64,000 nucleotides of DNA from the human T2T-CHM13v2.0 reference genome, Homo sapiens. This document shows positions 31,343-53,557 of the stretch, one piece after another. The notes beneath the pieces were generated by a model. The model worked only from the letters and a program-made list of their open reading frames with translations. It did no database searches and had not been told where the DNA came from. The stretch is taken from the NCBI RefSeq assembly GCF_009914755.1, contig NC_060942.1; one strand, written 5' to 3'. The position numbers and the translations under genes are program-made. Numbering within the stretch: position 1 is the stretch's first letter; every line of letters begins with the position of its first letter.

Positions 31343-31368
31343 TGTGTGTGTGTGTGTGTGTGTGTGTG
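31343..31368. repeat. (TG)n microsatellite
   Basis: Seen directly. Confidence 0.95.
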
Positions 31369-31921
31369 CGCTATCATACATGCTTCAGAGGTTAAATTGA
31401 GGATACTATGAGAGTGTATATCTATACTTCATCTAGACTTGGAGTTCTGGATTTAAAAAAGGGTGTTCAATGAATGAGGAGAGAGTGGGGGAGAAGCAGG
31501 TGAAAGAAAACTTCAGGTGAGTAGACCTTGAAGCTGGAAGAGCTGGCTCACATCCTTTCCCTAAGAACAATGAAAGCCCATAGAAGGTTTTAGATGGTGA
31601 AGTGACGTGATCAGATTTGCCTTTTCTTAAAAATTATTTTGGTTCCTCTATGGAGAATTGGTTGAAAGTCAGGAAGGACTTTGGGAGCCCTGTTCATTAA
31701 CAATGCATAACAAAACTTTCTTTTGGATTTGTTATCAATTTTTACCCAGGATTGGTAGCTGCCCCAGAGTGCTCTCTTTTCTTCTCAAAATACTCTTTCA
31801 AAGTGTTCTCACTTGTGTATTATTCTTTTCCTTATTTGTATACGTTATCTTTCTTACCACTGGTAGCTCTCTGCCTTTAATGAAAAAGCAATGCTTTCCT
31901 CTGGCTTACTAAGTAAATTAA

Positions 31922-32088
31922 AAGGGCAAAGTGGGTCATGAAGTGTTTGTAGTCCCACAGTACCATGTGCTTAGAAAAGTTCCATGCTTAGGTTAATTCT
32001 CTACAGTCAATGCCTTAAATTTTTAAGTTTTAAACAAGAGGCTTGATGTTTTCATTTTGCATTGAGCCCCCAAAACTATCTAGCTATA
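31922..32088. mobile_element. MER91-like hAT MITE
   Basis: ttttcattttgcattgagcccccaaaactat matches the MER91 end. Confidence 0.6.
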
Positions 32089-32619
32089 TATGAAACATAC
32101 TTCCAGCACTGTAAACTAAGTGATTTCCTAGAGTATAAACTCAGACTAATAATGTAATTTCTCCCAAAATATAAGCTCACCCAGCCTAATTCAAAATTTT
32201 AAATTCAAGTTGGCCATGGTTTCCAAGCATTTCCGGGAAAAGGAGATATATTTTGTGTTTTTTAAAAAACAAAAAAATACATCGGAAGTTCCTACTGGTA
32301 CTACCAATTCAAATACAAGACTACGGAGTTTTTGTTTAAATGTACTGATTTTACATCTGTGTCTACTTTGACCCGTGCTGAAAATGCTAGCTTTCACTGA
32401 CACCCACATAATTGGCAATTTGCTTTTAACCACAATATATAGACAACAGTCCCCAAATAATAATATGATTACTGAAAATACTTTAAGGTTTAATCACTGG
32501 CTTCAAACTTATGGAGTCAAATTATGATTTTTGGAATCACTTGGACGAGTTCCTCTCTATGTGAGGCTATGCCAACAACTCGTTAAACAATTGAAGTTTA
32601 TTTGCATCACTTTTCTTTT

Positions 32620-34020
<1,401 letters not shown>

Positions 34021-34551
34021 GTTCAGAAAATTCCTAAAAATTTACCAACCAAGAGTCAGTACAGGCTTGATCCAGTACAACACTGCTGACCGAGCATGCC
34101 ATTGACATTGACAAACTATCTTCTGGAGACCCATGCGTCCTTTCCATGTGTTGTTTCATTTTGTATGTTCTTAGTTATGACTGTGTATGTTTCATGAAGT
34201 TGGAGAAATTCCTGGCCCCTCAAATTTTCCAAATCAAAAGCCTCTTTGAACACGGAAATAATGTGCATTACAGCATTGGTGGCAGAATGGATCACTATTT
34301 AGAAGAAAAGCATTTGCTATTTCTCTAGTTGAGTTTTTTTTTTTTAGTATAAACAGCAATCATTCAGTTATATAATAGTGCTGCCACTTTCAGAGACAGC
34401 AACAAAAGCGGGAGACACCCATGTAGAGAGACAATCATTATGTATTAAATGGCCTTGTTTTTATTAATAGCAGATTCTCACGGACTATTCTCATCACAGT
34501 CTATCCATTTTCTTCTCTCAAGTTTAAAAAATTTACCACCACCTCCCCTCA

Positions 34552-36729
<2,178 letters not shown>

Positions 36730-36759
36730 AAAAAAACACAATCTATGATAAATACTCAC

Positions 36760-36940
36760 CACTGCTGGAAGCATCATTCAGATTTAGCAGACCCCCTCCT
36801 AGCCCTCTGTAACTATGGTAACTATAGGTCCCATTTCCATTGATGTACAGCACGTCCTGTGAGCCTGGAACAGCTGATGTTGAGTAAGTGGCCTGGGTCG
36901 CCTCTGGTTTACACTGTTTGTCAGCTGGAGCAGACTCATC
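36760..36940 (-). CDS. NOL4: NOL4 penultimate coding exon (181 nt)
   Basis: Encodes DESAPADKQCKPEATQATYSTSAVPGSQDVLYINGNGTYSYHSYRGLGGGLLNLNDASSS(G). Acceptor gtccttgcAG|GAT, donor AGTG|GTGAGT. 60 codons plus 1 nt; G|GA joins in frame to the terminal exon. Confidence 0.95.
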
Positions 36941-37197
36941 CTGCAAGGACAGACAGCATTCCATTATTTATCACCTCACAGTGCTATTTCACCTTGAACA
37001 GGACTACCTTATTGTTATCTAAATACCTGCATTGAATAAGAAAAAATATATAGTGAATGTTAAGTAAGCACAGATGCACATTTTCAACATCTTTGCTAAA
37101 AACTAAAATTAGGAAATCAAAATAACAATGTGGGCAGATTGGAGATGGAACAATTGACAGTTTTCAATTGAATATAAAATGACATGAAGAAAGTTAC

Positions 37198-37640
37198 TCA
37201 CAATAACCAAGTGGTGGAAGAAGCCTAAACATCTCTTGACAGATAAATGAATAAAGAAAATATGGTACATACATAAAATAGAATACTATACAGCTTCAAA
37301 ATGAAAGAAACCCTGTCATACTACAGCATGGATGAACTTAAGGACATTGTGCAAAGTGATATAAGCCAACCACAAAAAAACAAATATTGTGTGATGCCAC
37401 TTATAAGGTATCAAAAGTAATCAAAGACAAAGAAACATAAAGTAGAATGAGGGTTTTCAGCACTTGGGGAGGAGCTACTGGGGAGTCTTCTAAAGGTATA
37501 GGGTTTCCGTCATGAAAGGGTGGAGGTGGGTTGGTTCTGAGCACTACTGCACAACCATGTGGATGTGGCTGACAATATTGTACTGCACACTTGGAAAATG
37601 TTGGAAGGGTAATTTTTATGTTAGAATTGCTTAAAATAAC
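37198..37640 (+). mobile_element. L1MB-like 3' end
   Basis: cagcatggatgaacttaaggacatt...agtagaatgagggtt...tactgcacacttggaaaatg. Confidence 0.7.
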
Positions 37641-39761
37641 TTGCTAGGCTTTAAAAATTAAATGAAGAGATATTACAATGGAAAATAAATATTTAATAAA
37701 AGTTGGGTTCTTGAAATCCATTTTGCATCCTTTTATCTTCCTTTCTCTCCTTCTCTGTTGTCTCTCTCTTCCTCTGTGTATGTGTGTGTGTGTCTTTCTC
37801 TTTTTATTATTTTGTTTATAACAAAATTTGAGTGCCGACTCCAAGCTGATTCCATTACATGCGTTATAACAGACTGACAAGGATGTGAATACATCCAAAC
37901 CTTTCAGTTTTTTATTTGTTTGCTCATTTTTAAGCTACGCTAGTGTTTAAAAAATTTTCTTCAATCATTCTAATCATGTCAAACTGTGAGGAAATAAAAC
38001 GTTTAAATTGCAATAAACTGTATATATTTTCAATAGCAATACAGATTGAATTCCCCTTCAGCTGTGAATTTATAAGACTTAAAATATATACATATATGAA
38101 TTCACTTTCCTTCTGCATTCTTCATCTTTTTTTTTTTTTACTTTTTGTTAATAGGAAAGAATTATAAAGAGATTTCTAGGGAATTCTTAGGAGAGTTTTT
38201 TGTCACAATCAGAAGTATTTTGCAGCTTTTAAATGTTGAGTATGTGGTTAATGGAACAAGTAAATTTCAAATACATTTTTTGTGGCCCCAAAGGGGTGAA
38301 AACGAGGAAATATGAAATTAGTTTGCTCTATTGAAACAGTAGTACTGTTGTATTGAGAATACTATGACCATCTATATTGTGAAATTATTGCCGTGACTAT
38401 CAGCATAACACAGTTATGGCTTTGCTCTTGTTCATCAAACTGAATCAAATCTAACTGACCCATTCAACTCTGACCATTATACTCAGCTGTACACATGAGA
38501 CACATAATTTATAGGCTTTCAAATATTTTCATTTATAGTAAGACTATAAAATAAACAGCAAAATATCTCAAAGCAAATTGAAGTAAAAATAAGAAAAAAA
38601 TTGAAAGGAAAACATGGGACAATATTTTAAAAACTTGAATGTTGATATAAATTTATTTTCCAAGCATTACTTTTTTAAAAAAAAATCATTCCTCTGAGAT
38701 ATATTTAATGCAAACATTAATTGACTGAAATTGGTGTATGAACTAGAATGTCTAATTGTAATTTAAACTCTCGCTATTTAAATCATAGAAATCCCAATAC
38801 CCCACAAGCACAGGCAACGAAGGCAAAAATGGACAAACAGGATCACATCAAGTGAAAACCTTCTGCACAGCAAAGGATACAATCAACAAAGTGAAGAGAC
38901 AACCCACAGAATGGGAGAAAATGTCTGCAAACTACCCATCTGACCAGGGTTTAATAACCAGAATATATAAAGAGCTCAAACAACTAGGGAAGAAATCTAA
39001 TAATCTAATTAAAAAATGAGCAAAAGAGTTGAATAGACATTTCTGAAAAGACAACATACAGATGGAAAACAGGCTTATGAAAAGGTGCTCAACATCATTG
39101 ATGATCAGAGAACTATAAATCAAAACTACAGTGAGGTATCATCTCGCCCCAGTTAAAATGACTTATATCAAAAAGACAGGAAATAATCAATGCTGGTGAG
39201 GGTGTGGGGAAAAGGGAACCCTTGTACACTGTTGGTGGGAATGTAAATTAGTACAACCAATATGGAGAACAGTTTGGAGGTTCCTCAAAAATCTAAAAAT
39301 TGCACTACCATCTGATCCAGCAATCCGACTGTGGGTTATCTATCCAAAAGAAAGAAAATCAATTTATCAAAGATGTAGCTGCATTCCTATGTTTGTTGCA
39401 ACACTGTTTACAATAGCTAAGATTTGGAAGCAACCTCTGTCCATCAAAGGATGAATGAATACAGAAAATGTGGTACATATACACAATGGAGTGCTATTTG
39501 GCCATAAAAAAGAATGAGATTCAGTCATTTGCAACAACATGGATGAAACTGGAGATAATTATCTTAAGTCATAAACCAGGCCAAGTAAGACAAACATTGC
39601 ATATTCTCACTTATTTGTGGAACCTAAAAATCAAAACAGTTGAACTTATGGACATAGAGAGTAGAAGGATGATTACCAGAGGCTAGGAAGGGGAGTGAGG
39701 GGATGGTGAAGTGGGAGGTGTGGATGGTTAATGGGTAAAAACAAAAATTGAAAGAATAAAT

Positions 39762-40075
<314 letters not shown>

Positions 40076-40272
40076 CTATTAACTATTATTTGATAGTGCA
40101 ACAGGGTGACTATAGTCAATAATAACTTAGTTTCACATATTAAAATAACTCAGAGAGTGTAACTGAATTGTTTGTGACTCAAAGGATAAATGCTTGAGGT
40201 GATGGCTAGCCCATTCTCCATGATATGCTCATTGCACATTGTATGCCTGTATCAAAACATCTCATGTACCTC

Positions 40273-40700
40273 ATATATAGATATATCTATATATATATAT
40301 CTATAGATATATCTATATACGTATATAGATATATCTATATACATATATATCTATATATCTAGATATATCTACATATATCTATATACATATATATCTATAT
40401 ATCTAGATATATTATATCTAGATATATCTATATACATATATATCTATATATCTATATATCTAGATATATTATATCTAGATATATCTATATACATATATAT
40501 CTATATATCTAGATATATCTATATACATATATATCTATATATCTAGATATATTATATCTAGATCTAATATATATCTATATATAATATATATATCTATATA
40601 TATTAGATCTAGATATATATATCTCTGTATCTATATATATTATATCTAGATATATCTATATCTAGATATATGTGTATATATATATAGATGTATCTATTAT
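40273..40700. repeat. AT-rich (TATATC/TCTAGA) palindromic minisatellite
   Basis: ~430 bp of TATATCTATA/TCTAGATATA units. Confidence 0.95.
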
Positions 40701-40938
40701 ATACCCACAAAAATTAGAAATAAAAAAGATTTAAAAAATAAATCACAGAAATCCCTGGAAAAGTAAACTACTTTAGAATAGCATAATCCTAAATGAAAAT
40801 GTCTTAAGGAAGGAACCCTGAATCACATTTTGTTGGTATTACTTTAGATTTGGTAGTCAGCAAATTGCAGATTATTATTATATTTTAATTCTGAAAGTTA
40901 TTCTTTGCTGTTAGAAAGTACCAAAGAAGGTGAGTTTT

Positions 40939-44065
<3,127 letters not shown>

Positions 44066-45664
44066 GGTGAGTTTTATACTGTGGTTCTCTATAAAAAATG
44101 ATATTGGGCCAGCATCAAATTTACAGCTGATAATGAGAACTTTTTAAAATACATATTTCTATTTGATATGTAGGCAAACAATATATGTTTCCTTTTGTAC
44201 TTATGATGAACTTTTATATTATAGATAGTAAGGGAGTTTAACTTATTAGACATTAAAAATGATATTTCAACAAATCTGTTGTTTCTGGAAGTGTGTGTGC
44301 TAATACGCAGGTCAGAGGTAAATAATCACATTATTATAGTGCTACTGCAAACAAGAATTATCAATAAAGAAATAGTGGTAGAGAAATATAGGTATCATTA
44401 GGGTCTGGAACCAGATGGCATGTTACAATGACAGAGTGGGTGGCTGGAAAGTGGTCAAACCAAAAATTACGACACCTCACACACTATCCATCAAACTTTC
44501 ATAAAGGTACAGTGAAAAATCTCCCATCTTGGAGAGCAAACCTTTCTGTCTGGAGAAAGAAATTTATATAATATAATATATATATTATATGATTACACAT
44601 ATATTCTTCCATACTATAATAGGCATGTCATATTCAGGTTAAGCTTATTAAATGAGTAAATCTTGCCAAAAGATTAAGAGATGAACCTGTGATGCTCACA
44701 TGGATTAATTTTTCTCATGCATACAACAATTTCCTGTAAGTAGTTGATTTCAAGCTGATGTCCATAGACCTGTAAGGCTTCTGGGGGAAATGGCTCAGTG
44801 TCTTCCTGAGTTTATGGGTGAAGGCATATAAATATGCTTTCATGTCCTCTTTAACCAGACTAGCAGCTCTGCTTTCTTCTATTTTACACTTATAAAATCA
44901 CCACAAATAAAGCATTATGAAAACTACCAAGGTGCAAAGTATTCTTTCTGCAAATACTTGTAGCTATGGAAACTCTGAAAGAAGACACAATGTTCTATAC
45001 TTCAAGGCAATTTTGGGGTCCTTGGGAAAAGGTAGCCTCAAACAGTCCCAACATTCCTGTAGCAGAAATAACTTGGGCAACATAAAACTTGAGTTTCTGG
45101 TTTTGGAAAAATGGTGGCTCTTCTGAAAAATACAAGTCTACTTCTTCGTATTTGGAAAATAACAATGAAATGCGCTTGCAGAAGAGTTTCTTATTGATGA
45201 GAAAAAGGAAAAAGGGAGAAGGCATTGTTGCCACAGTATTTTCTCTTTGATCTCTTGTATGGTAGAATCAATTCAAACTATGAGATACATTTTTTAAAAA
45301 TTCCCTTCTTTCATTATTAACTGGTATTCCAAACCACAGTAACTGCACTAAGTAGCCAGATAATTTATTCCATTAATAATCAACACTGGCCTTGTAGGGA
45401 TTCATTTGTATTCAGACATGGATTTGCATTATTAATGTTTTTGGCAGTCCACAATATGTTGAGAAATACAATAAATGAAACTTCCAATAAAATCTGGTCC
45501 ATAGTGACTTTTGGGCAAAAGTTTAATATAAAGTTAATTCATGTTTTCATCTTGAATGATTATTATTACTGTTTTTAAAGAAAGGTTTTTAATGACATAA
45601 AAATTAAATATCCCTGGAGCCATATTTTCCACTGGAAGCAAATTTTAACAATCATTAGTTCCAG

Positions 45665-45985
45665 GGCCAGTTGCAGTCGCTCATGCCTGTAATCCCAATG
45701 CTTGGGAGGCTGAGGTGGAAGATCACTTGAAGTCAGGAGTTTGAAACCACCCTGGGCAACAAAGCAAGACCCTGTCTCTACAAAAAAATTTAAAAAGCTG
45801 GCTGGTAATGGTGGAATGTGCCTGTAGTCCTAGCTACTCAGGAGGCTGAGATGGGAGGATCACTTGGGTCCAAGAGTCTGAGACTATAGTGAGCTGTGAT
45901 TGTGCTACTGCATTCTAGCTTGGGTGACAGAGTGAGACCATCTCTCTAAATGTAAATAAATAATAAATAAATAAATAAATGAAAT
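45665..45985 (+). mobile_element. AluJ
   Basis: Dimer with (TAAA)n tail. Confidence 0.92.
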
Positions 45986-46141
45986 AATCATCATTATGAG
46001 TTCCCAAAGTTCTCACAGCTGACAGCTTGCCTCCTGGGTTACCATGAAGATTGTTTTCACAAGAAGATAATATTAAAATGCTACAAGGCTTCACATCATT
46101 ACAAGGCAATGAAATACATTTTATTCACCATGAAGTAATTT

Positions 46142-46500
<359 letters not shown>

Positions 46501-48259
46501 TAGCTTTCATTAGACATATTTCAAATTTTTTATAATATCATGAAAATAAAATTGAATCAGTGAATGACCACATACAATACACTAGATAATGCACGGAGTT
46601 GTTTTGATTAGATTTATTTGATTAAAAATCTATAAGAGATTAAAGAAACACTTATGCTGACTTACATAACAAGGCTCTGGGCTTATCAATAAATATATTC
46701 TTGATATGTATCAATATGCATTTCATATATCCAAAAAAAGGGATTTATAAGAGGATGGGTGATATTTACAGATTAAGGGCAAGATTGAGAGTGGTTTAGA
46801 AGAGTACAGATGGCCTGCCATTGGCACACTGTTTGAGAAAACAGGTTTGTACTCCTTTGTACTCTTGTCCTTAGAAACTGGACACATACAAAATTTGAGT
46901 TTGTTAAACTGATTTGGACCCTGAGCCAACACACTGAATTCCTAACTTACTCTAGATGCCTAAGAAATGCTTTACCTTTATTGCAGTACCTTTGATAGAC
47001 ATGTTATTTATAAAATGAAGTTTCATTGATTCGATTCAACTTTTTGACAATAGGTTTTAATAAAAATTGCATATAAAATGTTTCATTAACTTTTCTAAAT
47101 CTTCCAAGAATTCCACTGTTTAGACTTTATATTCTCTACCATCGAATGAATGTTTTTATGTTTTCAGTAACTTTCTCTGCCTTTAAAGATCAGAAAACTT
47201 CAATAAAATTACTGCTATATTCAGTAATACATATACCTTGTTTCTGTTTGCATTTTACCTGATATTTTTATAGCACTTTGAAGTGTACAAGGCATTTTTG
47301 CATTAGGATTGAATTACATTTTGAGAATATCATGTGATGTGGTCAGGGCAGGGTATTAGTGATCCACTGTTTTAAGGTAAAGAGCCTTAAACTGAACTTC
47401 TAAGAATATTACCACTGTAAAATAGTAAACAAGTGGATAATGAAGGCCTCAGTTTGCCTTTGCTACCTCTAAGATTTTCTACTGGACTTCTCCTGCCCTT
47501 ACATGCTCTTTGTAATCTATATGAAAAAGTATTTTTGTTGAAGTTACTGCTCTAAATGTCTCCTTTGCTCCATTAGTACAGATGGGGCAAGGGAGTGCAA
47601 TTTGTTTCATATATAAACTACTGGAAAACAGCTCTACCTTCTAAAAGCTTCTCTTCTTGCATTTGATAGCAAGTGTTCCAGAACTAAGTAAATTGCTGAG
47701 TTTCCAGGAAAATTCATAGAAATTCTGCGAGATCCAGTGCTCCTATTTAAAATGCTTTTCTGCTAAGAAAAACTGTCTGCAGTTAAAGGGAATGTGATTA
47801 TTATTTAGGATGTTGAGAAGTGATTTTTGATGGCATCAACAAAACACACTCAGATACAGATACGCATACCCTCACATATACAACAACACACAGGAAATAA
47901 TTTCTTTCATGTAGTTAGGAGCATTCTGTATAATGTGCTGTCCTTGCTGGCCATACAAATGATTAAGTACCCAACACAGAACTTTGTTCTTTACAAAGAT
48001 GCTCCCAAACCCACTAAGACAGATAATAAGTAAATTCATGTTTTGACTAAATCCAGACAACCAATGACAAGCTTTGAAATGACAAGGAAACCAGATTAAA
48101 TTTGTTTCTGACTTGAGAAGCCAAAGTCACCGCAGGATACCTGTTACCAGAATTTTATCAAACTCTTCAAATAACAGGTTATTATTTTAACAAATTCTCT
48201 TTGTAGCAATATTTACATGCACATACACACACTACATGATTTTATTAACAATAAAGGTT

Positions 48260-48660
48260 TGATCTCACTTATATGTGGAGTATACTAAAGTTGAAATCAG
48301 AGAAGTAGAGAGTAGAATTATGGTTACCCAGCCTCTGAGCCAGTGTGGGGAGACATGGAATGGAGGGTTGTTGATCAAAGGGTGCAAAGTTTCAGACAGA
48401 CACGAAGAACAGGTTTTGTGCTCTATTGCACAGCAGGATGACTGTAGTCAATAATGATATATACTTCGTAATAACTCAGAGAGTGAATTTCAAATGTCTC
48501 ACCATAAAAAATGATAGGTAAATGAAGTGATAGATATGTCAATTAGCTTGATTTAATCATTCTACACTGTGTACATATATCAAAACATCACATTGTACCC
48601 TATACATTTTAAAATTATGGTACAATATGTCAATCAAGATAATATGAATAAATTCCTTAA
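48260..48660 (+). mobile_element. L1MA 3' end
   Basis: gatctcacttatatgtgga...atcaaaacatcacattgtaccc. Confidence 0.8.
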
Positions 48661-49179
48661 AAATGCATTACTGTGAAAAATACAAATTTGAGAATGATAG
48701 GCTTAAAGAAAAATACAAAATAAATACAGTAGTGATAATCCTCAACTAATTTTATATGTATACATGACTAGCAAGAAGTAACTAGATGCAATGCAAAGTC
48801 ATCTACTCTTAAAACTTCCCCGATCAACATAAAGCTTAGTTATTAAAAGTAAAAATGGAGACTCAACATTTTTTAAATTACAGGTTTAAATGTAACACTT
48901 TCCATTTAGTTATTAACCAAAAAACTCCATATTTAAAAAGTAAATGTATTTTTTATAGGTTGGTAACATTTAATTTGGAGTTTGTTATTATCACCAAATC
49001 AAAATTTTTAAAGAAATATTTTCTGGAGGTTCAAAAATGTGATTACAGATATAAGTTATTTGGCCATTGGTTTTATATGTGTATCATAGTATTTTTCACC
49101 TCAGAAACATCTTTTAATTTTAACAAAGAAAAAAATGGTGTCTTTAACATTAAATCATATTACATTTTTGGAATAAGAA

Positions 49180-51292
49180 AAAAAATAGCCATCTATGGTA
49201 AACCCACAGCCAATATTATACTAAATGGGAAAACGCTGGAAGCATTTCTTTTGAAAACCAGTATAAGACAAGAATGGCCTCTGTTACCACTTCTATTCAA
49301 CATAGTATTGGAAGTCTTAACCAGAACAATTAGGCAAGAGAAAAAAATAAAGCACATCCGATTATGAAGAGAGATTCAAACTAACTCTGTTTGCAGATAA
49401 CATAATTCTATATCTAGAAAACCTCATAGTCTCAGCCCTAAAGCTCCTACAGCTGATAAACAACTTAGCAAAGTTTCAGGATACAGAATCAATGTACAAA
49501 ACACTAGCATTCTTATACACCACCAATAGCCAAACCAAGAACCAAATCAGAAAGGCAATTCCATTTACAATGGACTCAAAAAGAATAAAATACCTAGGAA
49601 TACAGCCAACGAGGGAGGTGAAAAATCTCTACAATGAGAATTACAAAACACTTCTCACAGAAATCAGAGAAGGCACAAACAAATGGAAAAACTTCTCATG
49701 CTCATGAATAGGAAGAATCAATATCATTAAAATGGCTCTACTGCCCAAAGCAATTTACAGATTCAATGCTATTCCTATCTAATTACCAATGACATTCTTC
49801 ACATAACTAGAAAAGAAATTATTTAAAAATTCATATGAAACCAAGGCAGTCCTAAGAAAAAAGAACAAAGCTGGAGGCATCAGATTACTCAACTTCAAAC
49901 TATACTACAAGGCTACAGTAACCAAATCATGATACAGGTACAAAAACAGGCACATAGACCATTGGAGCAAAATAGAGGGCCCCAAAATAAGGCAGCACAT
50001 CTATGACCATCTGATCTTCAACAAAGCTGACAAAAACAAGCAATGAGGAAAAGATTTCCTATTCAATAAATGATGCTGGGATAATTGGCTAGTCATATGC
50101 AGAAGATTGAAGCTGGATCATTTCCACAAAAATCAACTCAAGATGGATTGAAGATTTAAATGTAAAACCCAAAATTATCCAAGCCTTGGAAGACAACTTA
50201 GGCAATATAATCCTGGACATATGAATAGACAAAGATTTCATGACAAAGACACCAAAAGCAATCACAACAAAAGCAAAAATTGACATATGGGATCTAATTA
50301 AACTTAAGAGCTTCTCCACTGCAAAAGAAACTATCAACAGAGTAAACAGACAACCTACAGAATGGGAGAAAATATTTGCCAACCATGCATCTGACAAAAG
50401 TCTAACATCCAGCATCTATAAGGAACTTAAAATTTACAACAGCAAAACAACCCCATTAAAAAGTGGGCAAAAGACATGCACAGACACTTCTCAAAAGAAG
50501 ACATACATGCGGCCAGTAAGCATACGAAAAAAAAGCTCAGTATCACTGATCATTAGAGAAATGCAAATCAAAACCACAGTGAGATACCACCTCACACCAG
50601 TCAGAATGGCTATTACTAAAAAGTCAAAAAGTAACAGATGCTGGTGAGGTTATGGAGAAAAGGGAACACTTACACCTTGTTGGTGGGGGTGTAAATCAGT
50701 TCAACCATTGTGGAAAGCAGTATGGTGATTCCTCAAAGAGCTAAAAGCAGAACTACCATTTGACCCAGCAATCCCATTACTGGGTATATACCAAGAGGAA
50801 TAGCAATCATCTACCATAAAGATCATGCATGTGAATGTTCATTGCAACACTATTCATGATAGCAAAGACATGGAATCAACTTAAATGCCCATCAATGGCA
50901 GGTTGGATTAAGAAAATGTGGTATATATACACTATGGAATATTATGTAGCCATAAAAATAGAATGAGATCATGTCTTTTGTGGGACATGGAGGCAGCTGG
51001 AGACTATTATCTTTAGCAAACTAGCACAAGAACAGAAAGCCAAATACCACATGTTCTCACTTATAAGCAGGAATTAAATGTTAAGAACTTAGGAACACAA
51101 AGAAGGAAACAGACACTGGGTTCTACTTGAGGAAGGTGGGAGGAGGAAGAGGAGCAGAAAAGATAACTATTGGGTACTGGGCTTAATATCTGAGTGACAA
51201 AATAATACGTACAACAAACTCCCATGACACATGTTTGACTACGTAACAAACCTTCACATGTACCTCCAAACCTAAAATAAAAGTTAAAAAAT
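49180..51292 (+). mobile_element. L1PA15/16-like, 5'-truncated
   Basis: Degenerate ORF2 (RT to C-terminus) and 3' UTR ending aacctaaaataaaagttaaaaa. Confidence 0.88.
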
Positions 51293-51445
51293 AATTTCTT
51301 CTAATAATATCATCATTGTATGTTTCTTTTTCTTTTCTTTCATTAAAAAAAACTACATTTAGGACAACTCTAACCATTTTTGAAACCATTCCATTGTTTA
51401 TAATTGGGCTCCATTTATTTTAAAAAATCTCCTTTTTAAAATAAC

Positions 51446-51731
51446 TTTTTGAGACAGGATCTCACTCCATCATTCAGCCTGGAGTGCAGTGGTGTCATCA
51501 CAACTCACTGCAGCCTTGACTTCCTGGGCAATCCTCGCACCTCAGCCTCCTGAATAGATGGGATCACAGGTGGGCATCACCATACCCAGACAATATATAT
51601 TTTTTAATTTTTGTAGAGACAAGGCCTCCCTATGTTGGCCAGGCTGGTCTCAAACTCCTGAGCTCAAGCAATCCTTCTGCCTTGGCCTCCCAAAGTGCTA
51701 GGATTATAGATGTGAGCCACTGTGCCCAACC
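51446..51731 (-). mobile_element. AluJ
   Basis: Antisense dimer. Confidence 0.92.
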
Positions 51732-53557
51732 AAAAATATTTCCTAAATTATTTTTTTCTTAACCCCTTTTGACACAACATTCTCTTTTGGTAAAATAGTT
51801 GCATTGCTTTAGCTGGTGATCACATGGCAGATATGGTTTCAGTTACTACCTATATGTAATAGTCACTCTCAAATTCTTACCCCTAGTCTCAGTTTTCCCC
51901 TCTGAGGCCTATGCCCAAATCGTCTATTTTTCAGTTTAAATTTTGGTATTAAATTTATTTCCTCTTCCTTCCACATAGCCCTTGAAAAATTTTTAATTAT
52001 GAAGAAACAACACCCGTTATATCACCAGTGTTCCTTGTTCTAGTTAATGCACCATGCCATTTTTTCTTCTCTTAGTACCACTTCCTTCAGTCAAATAATT
52101 TCCAAGTCCTGTCAGTGACATGTTGAAAATGACAATTCTTGTCATCTGAGAAGCACTTTTTGTCAATGCGTAACTTCAAAGCTCATCATCTCTCATTTGA
52201 ATTATTGTGATAACATACCAATCCTGTTTCTTTTTTCATATTCACATCTTCTTAAGTTAATTTTTATTCACTTATGTTGATTGATCTTTAAAAACTTTTG
52301 AGACTTCTTTTTTTCCTGGAGAACAAAACCCAAAGTTCCTTGCATGCAGAGCTCTTCAGAGTTTGAAAACAATCTTGCCAGCCACATTTTCTGTCACCTG
52401 CCCTTATGGCACTCTACACTCTAGTCAGACTATGACAGTGAAAAGCAGGCCTAACATTATTAACTCAATTTTGCCTGTAACCTCACAACACCCATCCCCA
52501 CTCCACTGGGGTGCTATCTTTTAGGTTAAATACTTTTGCTTATCTGTGAATTTAGGCCAAGCTAACTAGGGGAAGAATTTCATTTATTGTTTGAAAAAAA
52601 GATGATAATACTCCCTTCCTAAAACTAACCCCTGAGGAGATAAAGAGGGTGAATACACAAGTAACAATGTTGTGTTGAGAATTTGTGGGGGTATTGTGAT
52701 CTGACCAAAAATGGAGACGTTTCATGGCCTCCTAAGCCCCTCACTGGTGCCCACATGTCTGCAGTCATTGGTCACCTCTTAATCCCAACTCCTTTCTTTT
52801 CACCCTGATCTTAACATAATAGGAGCCTGAAATTTGTACTGACTTAAGATGGTTTTTTAGGATGTTAGTCCCCCATCTTTTCTGTTTGCTGGCTCCCTGA
52901 AATAAAGTTGTCTACCTTCCTCCAACTCTTTGTCTCTCAATGCATTGGCTGTCATGCAGCAAGCAGAAATAGTTTGGACTCACAATTTGGGGAAGCCTGC
53001 AGCCAGGAGAAGTTGCTCCTGGCCAGCTGGCCCCAGCTAAGGAATTCCTGGCTATGTCCCTATCAGCTGCTGGAGACTTTTTCCTCCAGGGACCCCTGCT
53101 AGTTCCCTTGGCAGTACTGGCTGTCTCTATGCATACTGCTGAAACAAGGTATTGAAAAATCTCTATGAGTGAATGGACTCGATTCAGAAGCAGGACAAGT
53201 TGCTCTGGTGTTTACAGCCGGGAACTCCCTTTTCCCTCTGTTTGGGTTCATTCCTTGAACCAGCCATTTTGTTTTACCCTGGGGTATCCTGTTGGAGAGG
53301 GGGAATAGTGTTGGACTTGTATCTGATTTGAGAAGCAGTTCATTTGCATTTGTCTTTGTTTTTGTGGGCCCTGGGCTATATGTTTTAAAATATGAGAAAG
53401 TTCAAATGCATGCTAGGTTTTCTGGGATTACAGCTGTTACATATTATGGCCCATTTCTGTGTACATTTTAAACTGATAGGCAAATTATAGCAAGAAAAAT
53501 CAGAGATCAAATTGTTAACCTGCAACTACAGAGTTAAGTAGTGTCTTCTAAAACTCT

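Noticed and set aside
48855-49367. 170-aa ORF
   Set aside because: AT-rich read-in fused to a degenerate L1 ORF2 piece.
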